From contig JACQJF010000052.1 of NCBI GenBank assembly GCA_016198165.1, forward strand, positions 1-41,011: a stretch of DNA of 41,011 nucleotides, in the 5' to 3' direction. This DNA comes from Candidatus Iainarchaeum sp. Its GTDB lineage: Archaea > Iainarchaeota > Iainarchaeia > Iainarchaeales > GW2011-AR10. Made by a program: the position numbers and the translations under genes. Positions within the stretch are counted from its first letter, which is position 1. Each line of letters opens with the position of its first letter. Positions 1 to 9,275 of this stretch are shown here, piece after piece. Below the pieces are notes generated by a model. It did not search any database. It worked only from the letters and a program-made list of their open reading frames with translations, and was not told where the DNA came from.

Positions 1-7
1 ATGGTTT

Positions 8-355
8 ATGGATAAGATTTTTATCGCGATTCTGGGTGTCGGAAAGGGCACCTGGGGTCATGTGGCAAGGATTATTTCCGACCAGGAATTTGACAAGAGG
101 CTCCTTATTTCCACTGAATGGGTGAAAGAAAATTTTGCACCCCCCAAGGAATGCGAGTGGATTCTGATTAACAACCGCGCAGGCTTTGACGTCATAAAGG
201 ATGAAATAAAGTCCAAGTTGCCAAAGGGCGAGCTTGTGGTTTCAATTGTTTCTGGTTCCGGTAAGGAGCACATGGCGCTCATTGCGGCTTTCAGGGAAAT
301 CGGCGTTGACTACAAGCTTGTCACCCTGACTGGTGACGGCGTCAAATACTACTAG
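8..355 (+). CDS. Small Rossmann-like protein, possibly a stand-alone CARF-like domain
   Basis: 115 aa; beta-strand plus G-x-GKGT at the N-terminus and VSIVSGSGKEHMAL, resembling the CARF 'hnhTGG.K.h' motif. Confidence 0.55.
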   Translation: MDKIFIAILGVGKGTWGHVARIISDQEFDKRLLISTEWVKENFAPPKECEWILINNRAGFDVIKDEIKSKLPKGELVVSIVSGSGKEHMALIAAFREIGVDYKLVTLTGDGVKYY

Positions 356-383
356 CCAGAAAAAAAAGGGGGGCTGTTTTTTT

Positions 384-752
384 TTGGCAGACCTGGTTCT
401 CCTCGTCCTGCTCTCCCTGGCAATACTGCTTGGAGCCGCGGCTTTTTTTCTCCTGCGTAAAATTTCTGTGCTTGAACAAAGGATTTCTGACTTGTTGTTT
501 GACAGGTCGAGTTCTGCCGTGCGCTTTGGAAAAATGTCAGAGCAATTAATGCCGTTTTCCGGCAAGACTCCATTTTCCCCCGGGAATTTTCGCTTCATTG
601 GCGCGCCCATTGACGGCATTGCCTTTGAAGACGACTGGATTGTTTTTTGCGAGTTCAAGTCCGGTGGCGCGGTTCTTTCCGAGCGCCAGAAAAAAATCAG
701 GAAACTTGTGGAGGAAAAAAAAGTGCGCTGGGAAGAAATCCGGCTTTCTTAG
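384..752 (+). CDS. Membrane-anchored Holliday junction resolvase-like PD-(D/E)xK endonuclease (Endonuc_Holl family)
   Basis: N-terminal TM helix; GKMSEQLMPF...FRFIGAPIDGIAF...FCEFKSG...LSERQKKIR...VRWEE motifs; TTG start at 384 after a G-run (ORF track starts at 333). Confidence 0.8.
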   Translation: MADLVLLVLLSLAILLGAAAFFLLRKISVLEQRISDLLFDRSSSAVRFGKMSEQLMPFSGKTPFSPGNFRFIGAPIDGIAFEDDWIVFCEFKSGGAVLSERQKKIRKLVEEKKVRWEEIRLS

Positions 753-1792
753 TATTTCATCCTGTAGCGCAGAAGGCAACTGGTTCCGCCAAGGCCGCTT
801 AGTTTTTTCCCTGCTTCGGTCTTTGAAGAGATTATGTGTATTTTTCCGCCGCTTTGTTCAACCATTGCAAGGAGTTCTTCTGCGTGCTTCCTGTTTTTGA
901 GGAGATAATCATCGCTTAATAGAAAATGTTCGGCGGCTCCTGTCCGGATTGCTTTTCCGCATTCCTCAGGAGTTACAACCGCAAGCCCGCTTCCGCGCCC
1001 CAGCTCTTCAAGTACTTTTTCCAGGAGCCTTGTTTCTTTCGCCAATTGTGACTGCGTGATTATTTCCTCTATCGCGCCGCTTTTTATGAGCTCGTTTAAG
1101 CCTGTTACCCCGACTGAGTCTGTGTGCAGGTAAAATGCGGGGAGTTTTATTCTTTTGTCCTCGAGGAATTTTTTGAAGTTGTCTTTTGTAAAGCCGGGGC
1201 CTGCAAAGATGGCTTTTTGCGGTGCTTCCTCGACGGCTTTTTTTGCTATTGTTTCAAAGAAAACGTCTTTTTTTTCCTGGGTGAAAAACATTTTCCCGCT
1301 TTTCTGCGACCTGATTCTTGCCTTTGTCTCAAAGCCTTTTTCTGCAAGCAGGGCGATTTCCGCTTCCTCGTCGTCAAGCACTATGATGAGTGTCTTGCCT
1401 CTTCCTGATGCCTGTTTGGCTTCTTTTAGGCGTTCAACCTGGTGGTTTTTGAGGGCTTTTTTCTTCACTTTGACTTCTTTTCCGGGGAAAATGTCAAGGG
1501 CGTGGTGTGCCTTCATTTCCACGAGCTCGGGGGGCTTTCCGCCAACTATTACCCCGAGTATACGCAGGTGGCCGCTTGACTCGTGGAACTCTATCCTTTC
1601 AGCCTCGATTTCGTAGTAAACGTTTTCCTTGGTGACTTCCATGCCTTCCTCTCTGGGCTTTATTTTCCGCTCTGTTTTTGCGCATACCGTGTCCATGGGC
1701 TCGATGATTCTTTCAAGGTGCCACAGGTCGTCAAGGTTGTCCGGCACGACTTCAAAAAAACCGTTTTTTGTGTCAATCTTTAAAATGCGCAT
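749..1792 (-). CDS. pelA: mRNA surveillance/ribosome rescue protein pelota (Dom34)
   Basis: VPDNLDDLWHL, AGPGFTK and GKKLSGLGG...LLRY motifs; 347 aa. Confidence 0.95.
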   Translation of the reverse strand: MRILKIDTKNGFFEVVPDNLDDLWHLERIIEPMDTVCAKTERKIKPREEGMEVTKENVYYEIEAERIEFHESSGHLRILGVIVGGKPPELVEMKAHHALDIFPGKEVKVKKKALKNHQVERLKEAKQASGRGKTLIIVLDDEEAEIALLAEKGFETKARIRSQKSGKMFFTQEKKDVFFETIAKKAVEEAPQKAIFAGPGFTKDNFKKFLEDKRIKLPAFYLHTDSVGVTGLNELIKSGAIEEIITQSQLAKETRLLEKVLEELGRGSGLAVVTPEECGKAIRTGAAEHFLLSDDYLLKNRKHAEELLAMVEQSGGKIHIISSKTEAGKKLSGLGGTSCLLRYRMKY

Positions 1793-1901
1793 AAAACCAC
1801 TGCATTAAAGCCAGTGCCCCGAAAAAGAGTTAAAATATGGCGCAATGCAAAACCATTTTTTCTTCTTTTTTTAACCTTTTTTCTATGGAATACTTGTTTG
1901 C

Positions 1902-3326
1902 ATGTGCTCGATTGCCGGTGCGGTAGCCAGGGGTGGCAAGGACGTTTTTCCCGTTCTTGTGGAACTGCTTTCATTCATGCCCCACAGGGGCCCTGACGGC
2001 TTCGGGGTCGCGGTGAATGGCCAGGCCGTGCACGCAAAAACCATTGCCGGGCTAGCCGGGGAGAAACCTTTGCCGGGCCATCTTGGAATCGGGCATTCCC
2101 TGCTTTCAATTACAGGGCATGGAAAACAGCCGTTTTCATCCTGTGATGGCAAGGCTTTTTTATGCCACAACGGCCAGATATACAACCACGAGGAAATCAG
2201 CAGTGGCCTTTCGGGGAAACATTCTTTTGTCTCGACGTCCGATTCTGAAGCGATTCTTCATTTCCTCGAGGAGCACGGCTTTGACTTTGAGGAATTCTTT
2301 TCTGTTTCGCGTGGAGTGTTTTCCTGTGCCGTTGCCCTGCAGGATACACTTGTTGCTTTTCGTGACATCATCGGGGAGAAGCCCCTTTGGTTTGGATGGA
2401 CGGGTGATTTTTTTGTTTTTGCTTCCGAGCCGCAGGCGCTGAAAAGAATCGGGGTAGCGTTCCCGCGCCCTCTTGAACCTGGGTTTTGCCTGACTGTTTC
2501 AAAAAAAGGGTTTCGGGTGAAAAAAGTTTTTTCGATTGCGGATTTTTTGAAAACCGTGCCAAAAAAACACTCTTTTGATTCCCTTTTCGGGTCGTTTCAG
2601 GAAAGCGTTCAATTGCAGACGCGCACTGTAAAAAAGGCGGGCGTTCTTTTTTCGGGCGGGATAGATTCGAGTGTGATTGCAAAAGCGGTTTCTGAAAGCG
2701 TGAAAGAAGCCTGCCTTTTCACGTGTGGGGTTGAAGGCAGCCATGATCTTTCGGTTGCAGACAACACGGCTCAAGCGTTTGGCCTGAAACTTGTTGCAAA
2801 AGTTGTTGCAAAGGACGAAGTCCCGCAAATGGCGTTGAGTGCAGCAAGTTCTTTGTTTTTTTTTGACAAAATGCAGCTTGGAATCGGTCTGCCGTTGTTT
2901 GGGGCATGTCAGGAGGCTTCCAAAAAAGGTTTTCGCGTGGTTTTTTCTGGCCAGGGAAGCGACGAGGTTTTCTGCGGTTACTCATACTACATGAAAGCCC
3001 TGCGTGAGACTGGTTTTGCGGGGGTTGAAAAAAAAATCCGGGAATCCCTTGAACAAATGTGGTTTCACGACCTTTTGCGCGATGATGCGTTGTCGATGGC
3101 GAATTCCGTTGAACTGCGCCTGCCTTTTTTGGAGATGGAATTTTTGAGGCAGGCACTCGCTGTCCCTGTGTCAGAAAAAATAAAGTCCGCAAGTGACAAT
3201 CTTAGAAAGCACCCTGTGCGAAAAATCGGTGAAAAGCTTGGGCTTTCAGAAGAACTTGTTTTCAGGCCAAAGAAAGCAATGCAGTATGGTTCCGGTTTTG
3301 CAAGAGAGCTTGAAAAACTATTTTAG
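1902..3326 (+). CDS. asnB: Asparagine synthetase (glutamine-hydrolysing) family
   Basis: N-terminal Cys2 Ntn domain, HRGPDG, HNGQIYNH, SGGIDSS, SGQGSDEVFCGY, ELRLPFL. Confidence 0.9.
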   Translation: MCSIAGAVARGGKDVFPVLVELLSFMPHRGPDGFGVAVNGQAVHAKTIAGLAGEKPLPGHLGIGHSLLSITGHGKQPFSSCDGKAFLCHNGQIYNHEEISSGLSGKHSFVSTSDSEAILHFLEEHGFDFEEFFSVSRGVFSCAVALQDTLVAFRDIIGEKPLWFGWTGDFFVFASEPQALKRIGVAFPRPLEPGFCLTVSKKGFRVKKVFSIADFLKTVPKKHSFDSLFGSFQESVQLQTRTVKKAGVLFSGGIDSSVIAKAVSESVKEACLFTCGVEGSHDLSVADNTAQAFGLKLVAKVVAKDEVPQMALSAASSLFFFDKMQLGIGLPLFGACQEASKKGFRVVFSGQGSDEVFCGYSYYMKALRETGFAGVEKKIRESLEQMWFHDLLRDDALSMANSVELRLPFLEMEFLRQALAVPVSEKIKSASDNLRKHPVRKIGEKLGLSEELVFRPKKAMQYGSGFARELEKLF

Positions 3327-3328
3327 TT

Positions 3329-3877
3329 TCACTGTGTGAACTCGGTTTCCGAGTCGAGGTCTCTTATGGTTACAGTGCACGGATTACTGTTAATGGTGTC
3401 AAGCCGCAGTTTGTTGAAGTCGTAGTTTTTTGTTATCTCTACAAAAATCCTTTCTTCCGGCATTCCGGTTTTGCATTTTACTTCTATGGCTGCATTGTAT
3501 TGTTCAAGGCCGGTGTTTGGAGGTTCTGGCGGTACAAGGCTTGAGTCAACAAGAGTCGCATTGCAATCCTGGTTTTCCGGCTGGTTGTTTATTGTAGTTA
3601 AATATGTTCCTGTTTGTGAGTCTAGCGTGCCTTTGATGGAAAGTGCATCGCAATTCCCTCCACTTGTTTGCTCAAGCGCGTGGTCTGCAAAGGCTTCCGT
3701 TACTGCCTGGTCTGCGAGGTAGCGCATGACGAGTTTTTTCTGGTCGGTTTTTTCAATGAAAGAGTAGACCGCGCTTTTTTCGCCTTCAAACCCAAGTGGC
3801 CCGAACAGGGAAAAAGCCGCGACCAGGGCGGTGATTGCAATCAGGGCTACTGCCGAGTTGGTCATTCCTTTTTCCAT
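3329..3877 (-). CDS. Putative minor pilin / class III signal peptide protein
   Basis: MEKG then a hydrophobic helix; Cys-containing extracellular domain; last gene of a 4-gene pilin-like cluster. Confidence 0.55.
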   Translation of the reverse strand: MEKGMTNSAVALIAITALVAAFSLFGPLGFEGEKSAVYSFIEKTDQKKLVMRYLADQAVTEAFADHALEQTSGGNCDALSIKGTLDSQTGTYLTTINNQPENQDCNATLVDSSLVPPEPPNTGLEQYNAAIEVKCKTGMPEERIFVEITKNYDFNKLRLDTINSNPCTVTIRDLDSETEFTQ

Positions 3878-4197
3878 TCAATCACCCTGCAGTATTCTTT
3901 TGGCGAGTTAAAGTCGGACTGGCCGCTGCCCGGTTGGAGGTTGAATATCCTGTGTCTTGTGCACTCGTAAAACTCTTGGCCATTGAGGCTTCCCGGTTCG
4001 TCAAGCCCCAGGCCCACCCCGTCCTTGGCCGTGTAAAAACCAATGATTGCCCCGTCGTTTGTCTCGGGCCCGGTTTTTTTTGCAAAATCAGGGGTATTTC
4101 CAGCTTCGATGTAGTGGAACGACAAGAGGCTCAGGACAAAGAACACTGCAAGCATCCCGTACGTGGCGTCAACCGAAAAAATTATCCCCTTTTTCAT
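3862..4197 (-). CDS. Putative minor pilin
   Basis: MKKG/IIFSVDA followed by a hydrophobic helix; ATG at 4197. Confidence 0.7.
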   Translation of the reverse strand: MKKGIIFSVDATYGMLAVFFVLSLLSFHYIEAGNTPDFAKKTGPETNDGAIIGFYTAKDGVGLGLDEPGSLNGQEFYECTRHRIFNLQPGSGQSDFNSPKEYCRVIEWKKE

Positions 4198-4199
4198 GC

Positions 4200-4715
4200 C
4201 TATTGCCTCCAAACGGCTATTGTGAGATTGGCGTCAGCCAACGGGCAGTTCACGCTGTTCACGCATTTTTCCAGCGCCAGTTTGTTTACATCCGGAGCGC
4301 CGTTTTTTACGAGTATTTTTCTTGTCATGGAATAATAGTTTTCCACGTCATCGGGGGTTTCATCCAGACAACCTGTGCCTGTGAAAATTCCAGCAGGCAT
4401 TATAGCGCATCCAAACCAGGCGGGTATTCCAAGCTTTTCTTTTGTCAGCCTTCCTGGTTCACTTGGTATGCAGTTTGGGAGAACGCCGATGTCTTTTGTG
4501 TCTGCATTGTTTGTGAGTATGCATGCAATGTCGGGGCTTGCAAGCGCAAGCCTTGTGGCTCCCTGTGCAATCGATTTCAGCTCGTTTTCCAGTTGTGCCT
4601 CTTTTGCGTTCACTGCCTGCAGTTCAAAGAAATTGAGGAGTAACCCGATTGCAAGCATTATGAGTATGAGTGAAATCACGTAGTCAAGCGAAACTATCTG
4701 CCCCCGCGTTTTCAT
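4200..4715 (-). CDS. Putative minor pilin
   Basis: MKTRG/QIVSLDY class III signal; Cys-rich C-terminal domain. Confidence 0.8.
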   Translation of the reverse strand: MKTRGQIVSLDYVISLILIMLAIGLLLNFFELQAVNAKEAQLENELKSIAQGATRLALASPDIACILTNNADTKDIGVLPNCIPSEPGRLTKEKLGIPAWFGCAIMPAGIFTGTGCLDETPDDVENYYSMTRKILVKNGAPDVNKLALEKCVNSVNCPLADANLTIAVWRQ

Positions 4716-4720
4716 TTTTT

Positions 4721-5167
4721 TCAGCTTCCTGTTTTCCTGATTGCCAAGAGGGAGCCACAGCCTGTATTCAGGTCGTGGCTGCCTGCGTATGGAATGGTTT
4801 CACTTATTGTTTCGGTTTCACCAAGGCGCGGGTAGTGGTTTTGGTCAATGGTCAGGCTAATCAGGCCTTCCACTGGGTCTACTTCGATGTCACAGCTTGC
4901 CAGTGCGCGTGAGCCATTTTTCTGTGCGGATGAAAGGCTCATGAGCGGGATGGCGTAGTTTATGGTGTAATTGTTGTCTTTTTCCAGTGTATGCGCGTAT
5001 TTGAATGCAAGCCCCAGGTCGTTTATTACCCGCTTTGCCTGGAGCCTTACCGCGGTTTTTTCCTGGTTGAGTGAAAAATTGTCGCCAAAGCCCTGGAGCA
5101 CCTGTATTAGTATGAGCGTCATCACGAGTGCTATCAAGAGGTCAAGGCTGAGTTGTCCTTTGTTCAT
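4721..5167 (-). CDS. Putative minor pilin
   Basis: MNKG/QLSLDLL class III signal (QxSx[DE]). Confidence 0.8.
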   Translation of the reverse strand: MNKGQLSLDLLIALVMTLILIQVLQGFGDNFSLNQEKTAVRLQAKRVINDLGLAFKYAHTLEKDNNYTINYAIPLMSLSSAQKNGSRALASCDIEVDPVEGLISLTIDQNHYPRLGETETISETIPYAGSHDLNTGCGSLLAIRKTGS

Positions 5168-5199
5168 CCCAAGGATAATGTTTCTGGAATTATTTAAGG

Positions 5200-6750
5200 T
5201 TAGCGGATTTTTTCAACCAGCGTCATTCCTGTCATTTCCATTGGCTTTTCAAGCCCGAAGAGTTCTATTATTGTAGGCGCAATGTCTGATAATGCCCCGT
5301 GTTTTCGGAGCCGTGCTTTCTGCAGTCCGGTGTCTTCTGACGCGAGTATGAAGGGCACGGGGTTTGTGGAATGGCTTGGGATTTTTTCTCCGAGAGGCGA
5401 GATTTTTTCCTCGGCATTCCCGTGGTCAGATGTAACAATGACAGTGTAATCGTTTTCAAAAGCGGTTTTACAGACTTTTTCCAGGCAAGCGTCGACCACT
5501 TCAATTGCTTTCACGATTGCCGGAATGTTCGCTGAATGCCCCACGAGGTCCGGGTTTGCATAGTTGATTGCCACAAAGTCAAATTTTTTCGCGGCAAGCT
5601 GTCCGCATGCCTTTTCAGTTATCTCGTGCGCGGACATTTCTGGCGCCATGTCGTAGCTTGGCACTTTTTTTGAAGGCACGAGTATTCTTTCCTCGTTTTT
5701 GTTCGGCGTTTCCGCCTGGGAATTGAAAAAATACGTGACGTGTGCGTATTTTTCCGTTTCCGCAACCCGCAGCTGCCTCATGCCTGCCCTGGAAATTATT
5801 TCGCCAAGGTTGTTTTTTACTTTGCCGGGGTTGAAGACGGGCGCGCATTTTTTTTCCGGTATCGTTTCATCTGTCTGGACGAAAGAGTAAAATGCCACGG
5901 CGGGCCGTTTCTTTCTCTCAAAGTACGGGAACTCATCCTGTGTAAAGCACTTGATTAACTGCCTCACTCTGTCTGTCCGCGTGTTGAAAAAAACAACTGC
6001 GTCGTTGTCATTGATTGTTGCAACGGGTTTTGCGTTTTCCAAAATAACGGTGGGTTGGATATAATAGTCTGTCTGGTCGTTGCGCGCATAGGCTTTTTCA
6101 ATGGCTTCGAAAACATTGCCCGCTGTAAATCCTTTTCCTTGCGTGAGAAGTTCGAATGCTTTGTGTGTCCGGTCAAAATTGTTGTCGCGGTCCATTGAGT
6201 AAAATCTGCCGACAAGCGTGGCTATTTTCCCGGTTCCAAGTTCTGCTGTCTTTTTTTCTATCTGTTCTGCGTATTTTTTCGCGGTTTTTTCGCCTACGTC
6301 GCGGCCGTCGGCGAAAAAATGTATGAAGACTTTTTTCACTTTTTCCTGTTTTGCCATTTCGAGTAGTGCAAGCAAGTGGCTTATCGTGGAGTGCACCTGG
6401 CCGTCCGAGCACAGGCCCATCAGGTGCAGTGCCGCGCCTGGGCTTTTTGCGTTTTCCATTGCGTTTAGAAGGGCCTTGTTTTTGTAGAACTCGCGGTTTT
6501 TTATCTGTGCGTCAATCAGTGCAAGCGGTTGCCAGACGGTTCTCCCGGCTCCCATGTGCAGGTGCCCTACTTCGCTTGTCCCCATTGCGCCTTGGGGCAG
6601 GCCGACTGCGTTCCCGCTTGCCTCAAGTTCCGTGTGCGGGAATTTTCGGAGAAGCGAATCGTAAAAAGGGGTTTTGGCACGCGAAATGCAGTTGCCAAGG
6701 CCAGGTGGCGCGATTCCAAACCCGTCGATTATTATCAGGGCTATCCTCAT
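5200..6750 (-). CDS. gpmI: 2,3-bisphosphoglycerate-independent phosphoglycerate mutase, bacterial type
   Basis: IIDGFG, GLPQGAMGTSEVGH, DGRD, GRFYSMDRD, AETEKYAHVT, DLVGH, SDHGNAE, SHSTNPVP; start taken at MRIAL (6750). Confidence 0.95.
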   Translation of the reverse strand: MRIALIIIDGFGIAPPGLGNCISRAKTPFYDSLLRKFPHTELEASGNAVGLPQGAMGTSEVGHLHMGAGRTVWQPLALIDAQIKNREFYKNKALLNAMENAKSPGAALHLMGLCSDGQVHSTISHLLALLEMAKQEKVKKVFIHFFADGRDVGEKTAKKYAEQIEKKTAELGTGKIATLVGRFYSMDRDNNFDRTHKAFELLTQGKGFTAGNVFEAIEKAYARNDQTDYYIQPTVILENAKPVATINDNDAVVFFNTRTDRVRQLIKCFTQDEFPYFERKKRPAVAFYSFVQTDETIPEKKCAPVFNPGKVKNNLGEIISRAGMRQLRVAETEKYAHVTYFFNSQAETPNKNEERILVPSKKVPSYDMAPEMSAHEITEKACGQLAAKKFDFVAINYANPDLVGHSANIPAIVKAIEVVDACLEKVCKTAFENDYTVIVTSDHGNAEEKISPLGEKIPSHSTNPVPFILASEDTGLQKARLRKHGALSDIAPTIIELFGLEKPMEMTGMTLVEKIR

Positions 6751-6766
6751 GCAGAGATGGGGGTTG

Positions 6767-7132
6767 TTAAACTGTTTTAATTTTAACTTCCCTTCCAGTT
6801 TGGTCAAAAGCCCTTATTGACGTGGTTGAAAAGGGCCTGCATGCAATCAGGTGGAGTGTGCCTGTTTTTTGGAATGTGCGCACGTCCTGGCTGGATGGCC
6901 TGTTTGAGAATGATGGGTGTGAGTGGCAGGTGCCGATGATTGGCTCGCTTAGCGGGAGCATGTGGAGGTAAATCTGTGAAAATGTCTCCCCGAAAACCGC
7001 GGGGACGACGACGAGTTCTTCGACGGCCATGTTTTTTTCATTGCCTGCAAGCAGGCCGATGAATTCGTGCGGGAAAGTGTTTTTTGAGGCTTCGAGGAAT
7101 GCTTCGATGACTTCGTTTTTGACTGAGAACAT
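6767..7132 (-). CDS. JAB/MPN (Mov34) metalloprotease domain protein
   Basis: PHEFIGLL...HSHPS...PSSQD JAMM motif. Confidence 0.9.
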   Translation of the reverse strand: MFSVKNEVIEAFLEASKNTFPHEFIGLLAGNEKNMAVEELVVVPAVFGETFSQIYLHMLPLSEPIIGTCHSHPSFSNRPSSQDVRTFQKTGTLHLIACRPFSTTSIRAFDQTGREVKIKTV

Positions 7133-7150
7133 TTGCAGTATTTTTTTTGT

Positions 7151-8341
7151 TCAGTGGTTTACATAAAACAATATCGTTGGGAGTATGAGGAATGCCATGC
7201 AGCAGCTCCGGTTGACTTTGCTTGAAACCGCTAAAAGCCCGATGCAGGTTGCAGTCAGGAGCGCGATTAACCCGAGTGGGCCGGCAAGCAGGAGAATCAG
7301 TGCGAGTATGAATGCAAGCGTTGCCCTGGTCAGGAGGGCGTAGTCTGTTTTTTCGAATTTTTTCACGGCGTGGCCTGCGATTATTTCGGTTGCAAGGCCC
7401 GCTAGTCCGCCTGCCGTGACTGCGGCTGCCATTGCAAAGAAGAGTGTTTCGCTTGTGAGCGGGAGTGCCTGTTTTACAAACACTGCCGTGCCTGTGCGCG
7501 TTTTGCCTATGAAGTAAAGCGCTGCAATGCTTGTCACATAGTTTGCTGTCGTGATTCCGCCTGTTAAAAGGAGGTAGCGGGTGCGGCTTGGCTTTGCCGA
7601 GAACTCGCTTGAGGCAAGGATTGCCTCGTTTGGCCCGATGGCGGGCAGGAACACCGTGAAGCAGGAAGCGATGCTTGACAAGAACCCGGCTTTGAGTGCT
7701 TTTCCCGAGTGGATTTTTTTTGCCGCGTAATTTTGTTTTGGGAGGGCGCTTTTCTGTGAAAGGGCAATGAGGAGCATGGGCATAGTGAAAAAACCGGTTA
7801 CGAGTACGAAGAGGTTGCTTTGGAAAAGCGAGTTGTTCAAAAGCGCTGCACCGCTCAGGCCTGCAAGGGCGACAACAAGGAGTGTGAGCAGTTTTTTCTC
7901 CAGGGTTTTCTCCCTCGCTATCATGAAAACGAGGATTCCTGCAAGGGCAACCGGCGTGAGTGGGGCAAAGTCATTGAAAGTTTTTTCAAGCAGTTTTCCC
8001 ATGAACGGTGTCAGTGCAACTGAAAACAACAATGCGGAAAGGCCGCCTGCTATTGTCAGCCTGATTGCGTGCAGAGCCATGCCTTTTTTTGCAAAAAAAT
8101 GCCCGGGTAGCACTGCGAGGGCCTTGTCCTCGCTTGGGATTCCAAGGAGCGTGGCTGGGATAAAGTTGACAAAAGAGTGTGTGATGCTTAAAGCAATGAC
8201 TCCGAAGGCGAAATCTGCCTGGGTTTGTGCGGGAAGCGTGAAAAACAGTGCAAGCAGCGTGTTCACGTGCAGTCCCGGGACAAGGCCTGTCACGAGGCCT
8301 GCTCCGACCCCCAAAAGAACCACGAGGATTGTTTCACTCAA
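7151..8341 (-). CDS. TctA/DUF112 family polytopic membrane protein
   Basis: GLVTGLVPGLHVNT, HSFVNFIPATLLGIP, VLPGH motifs; many TM helices; no TctB/TctC nearby. Confidence 0.85.
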   Translation of the reverse strand: MSETILVVLLGVGAGLVTGLVPGLHVNTLLALFFTLPAQTQADFAFGVIALSITHSFVNFIPATLLGIPSEDKALAVLPGHFFAKKGMALHAIRLTIAGGLSALLFSVALTPFMGKLLEKTFNDFAPLTPVALAGILVFMIAREKTLEKKLLTLLVVALAGLSGAALLNNSLFQSNLFVLVTGFFTMPMLLIALSQKSALPKQNYAAKKIHSGKALKAGFLSSIASCFTVFLPAIGPNEAILASSEFSAKPSRTRYLLLTGGITTANYVTSIAALYFIGKTRTGTAVFVKQALPLTSETLFFAMAAAVTAGGLAGLATEIIAGHAVKKFEKTDYALLTRATLAFILALILLLAGPLGLIALLTATCIGLLAVSSKVNRSCCMAFLILPTILFYVNH

Positions 8342-8699
8342 TTTTTTCCACTTCTTGCGCGATTATTTCCTGCTCGTTCTCGTATTTTTGCGCCCTTCCA
8401 ATTACGCGCACAAAGCCTATGGTGCCTGTTGCCTTGAGGTCCTCTTTTTCCGGGTTGAATTTCACGATTTTTATGCTTCCTGTGTGGTCTGTAAGCGTGA
8501 AAAAAAGGGTGTTTTTTGACACAAAGGCATTGGTTGCTTTGCCTTCAAGCAGGGCTTTTTTGTTCTCGGAAAGCTCGGAAGCCCCGGTGGCAGTTGTTTT
8601 TACAGGCTGGCTCTGCAGGTCCGCCAGAAAAAGGCCTGCCATCCCGATTAAAGAAACCACCGCGAGTGCGGCCCTGAGGTGGGAAGGTGAAATGTGCAT
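8334..8699 (-). CDS. Membrane-anchored OB-fold nucleic-acid-binding protein
   Basis: N-terminal TM; LFFTLTDHTGSIKIVKF...VRVIGRAQKYENEQEIIAQEVE, typical of RPA-like OB folds; overlaps the tctA-like start. Confidence 0.8.
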   Translation of the reverse strand: MHISPSHLRAALAVVSLIGMAGLFLADLQSQPVKTTATGASELSENKKALLEGKATNAFVSKNTLFFTLTDHTGSIKIVKFNPEKEDLKATGTIGFVRVIGRAQKYENEQEIIAQEVEKIE

Positions 8700-8736
8700 T
8701 CAGAAGAAAATGGTGCAGAAAAACAAATAAAAAATA

Positions 8737-8752
8737 TTCGTCAATTGACGAA
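8737..8752. promoter_or_regulatory. Palindromic operator TTCGTCAATTGACGAA, copy 1
   Basis: Perfect 16-bp palindrome 38 nt upstream of the ATG at 8699, next to an A/T-rich TATA-like stretch; identical copy at 25251. Confidence 0.75.
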
Positions 8753-8785
8753 AATAATGTTAATGTTTCTTTTGCCGGTTTGTTG

Positions 8786-8886
8786 CGGACGCAAGTTTGG
8801 CTTTAAGCCAAACAGCGGTGTGAACGGACGCAAGGGCTGTTGAGCGAAGCGAAACGCCCGCGGTGTGAACGGACGCATACCGTTCA
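8786..8886. repeat. Mini direct-repeat array with hairpin spacers (REP-like)
   Basis: GCGGTGTGAACGGACGCA at 8815-8832 and 8860-8877, partial CGGACGCA at 8786; spacers GTTTGGCTTTAAGCCAAAC and a GCGAAGC-containing hairpin. Confidence 0.75.
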
Positions 8887-9234
8887 TGGGCACGTGTCTG
8901 GCAGAGTGCCGTTCATGGTAAGTTCAACGTTTAGCCCTGAGGCCTGTTCTGCCTGGGTTTCCATGTTTTCCAGTTCCTGCCCCAGGTCCAGCCCTTGTGG
9001 GAGTGTCTGGAGGTTTATGTTCATTGTAGCCCCGCATACAAGATATTCGAGTTTTTCCGTCATTGCGTTTTGGTTCAAATCGGAGGCTTTTTCGTAGAAG
9101 CTTTCTTTGACGGTTGCAAGCGCGACAGTGGTTTTTGAAAGGCTTGAAAATTCCCCTGCAATGAAAATGGTTAGTATGAACACTACGGGGAGCGCCAGGA
9201 GGAATTCAATGCTTGACTGGCCTTTTGTCATCAT
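8884..9234 (-). CDS. Class III signal peptide pilin
   Basis: TKG/QSSIEFLL. Confidence 0.85.
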   Translation of the reverse strand: MMTKGQSSIEFLLALPVVFILTIFIAGEFSSLSKTTVALATVKESFYEKASDLNQNAMTEKLEYLVCGATMNINLQTLPQGLDLGQELENMETQAEQASGLNVELTMNGTLPDTCP

Positions 9235-9275
9235 GCGGCAATCAACTTTCCATAGAGCAATTTTTTTTTCCCAGT

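Noticed and set aside
7767-8519. Long antisense ORFs (also 9842-10525, 21057-21599, 23219-23785 and others)
   Set aside because: Shadow frames opposite well-supported genes, with no motifs
8786-8886. CRISPR array
   Set aside because: Only two full 18-bp repeats, short unequal self-complementary spacers, and no cas genes in the window
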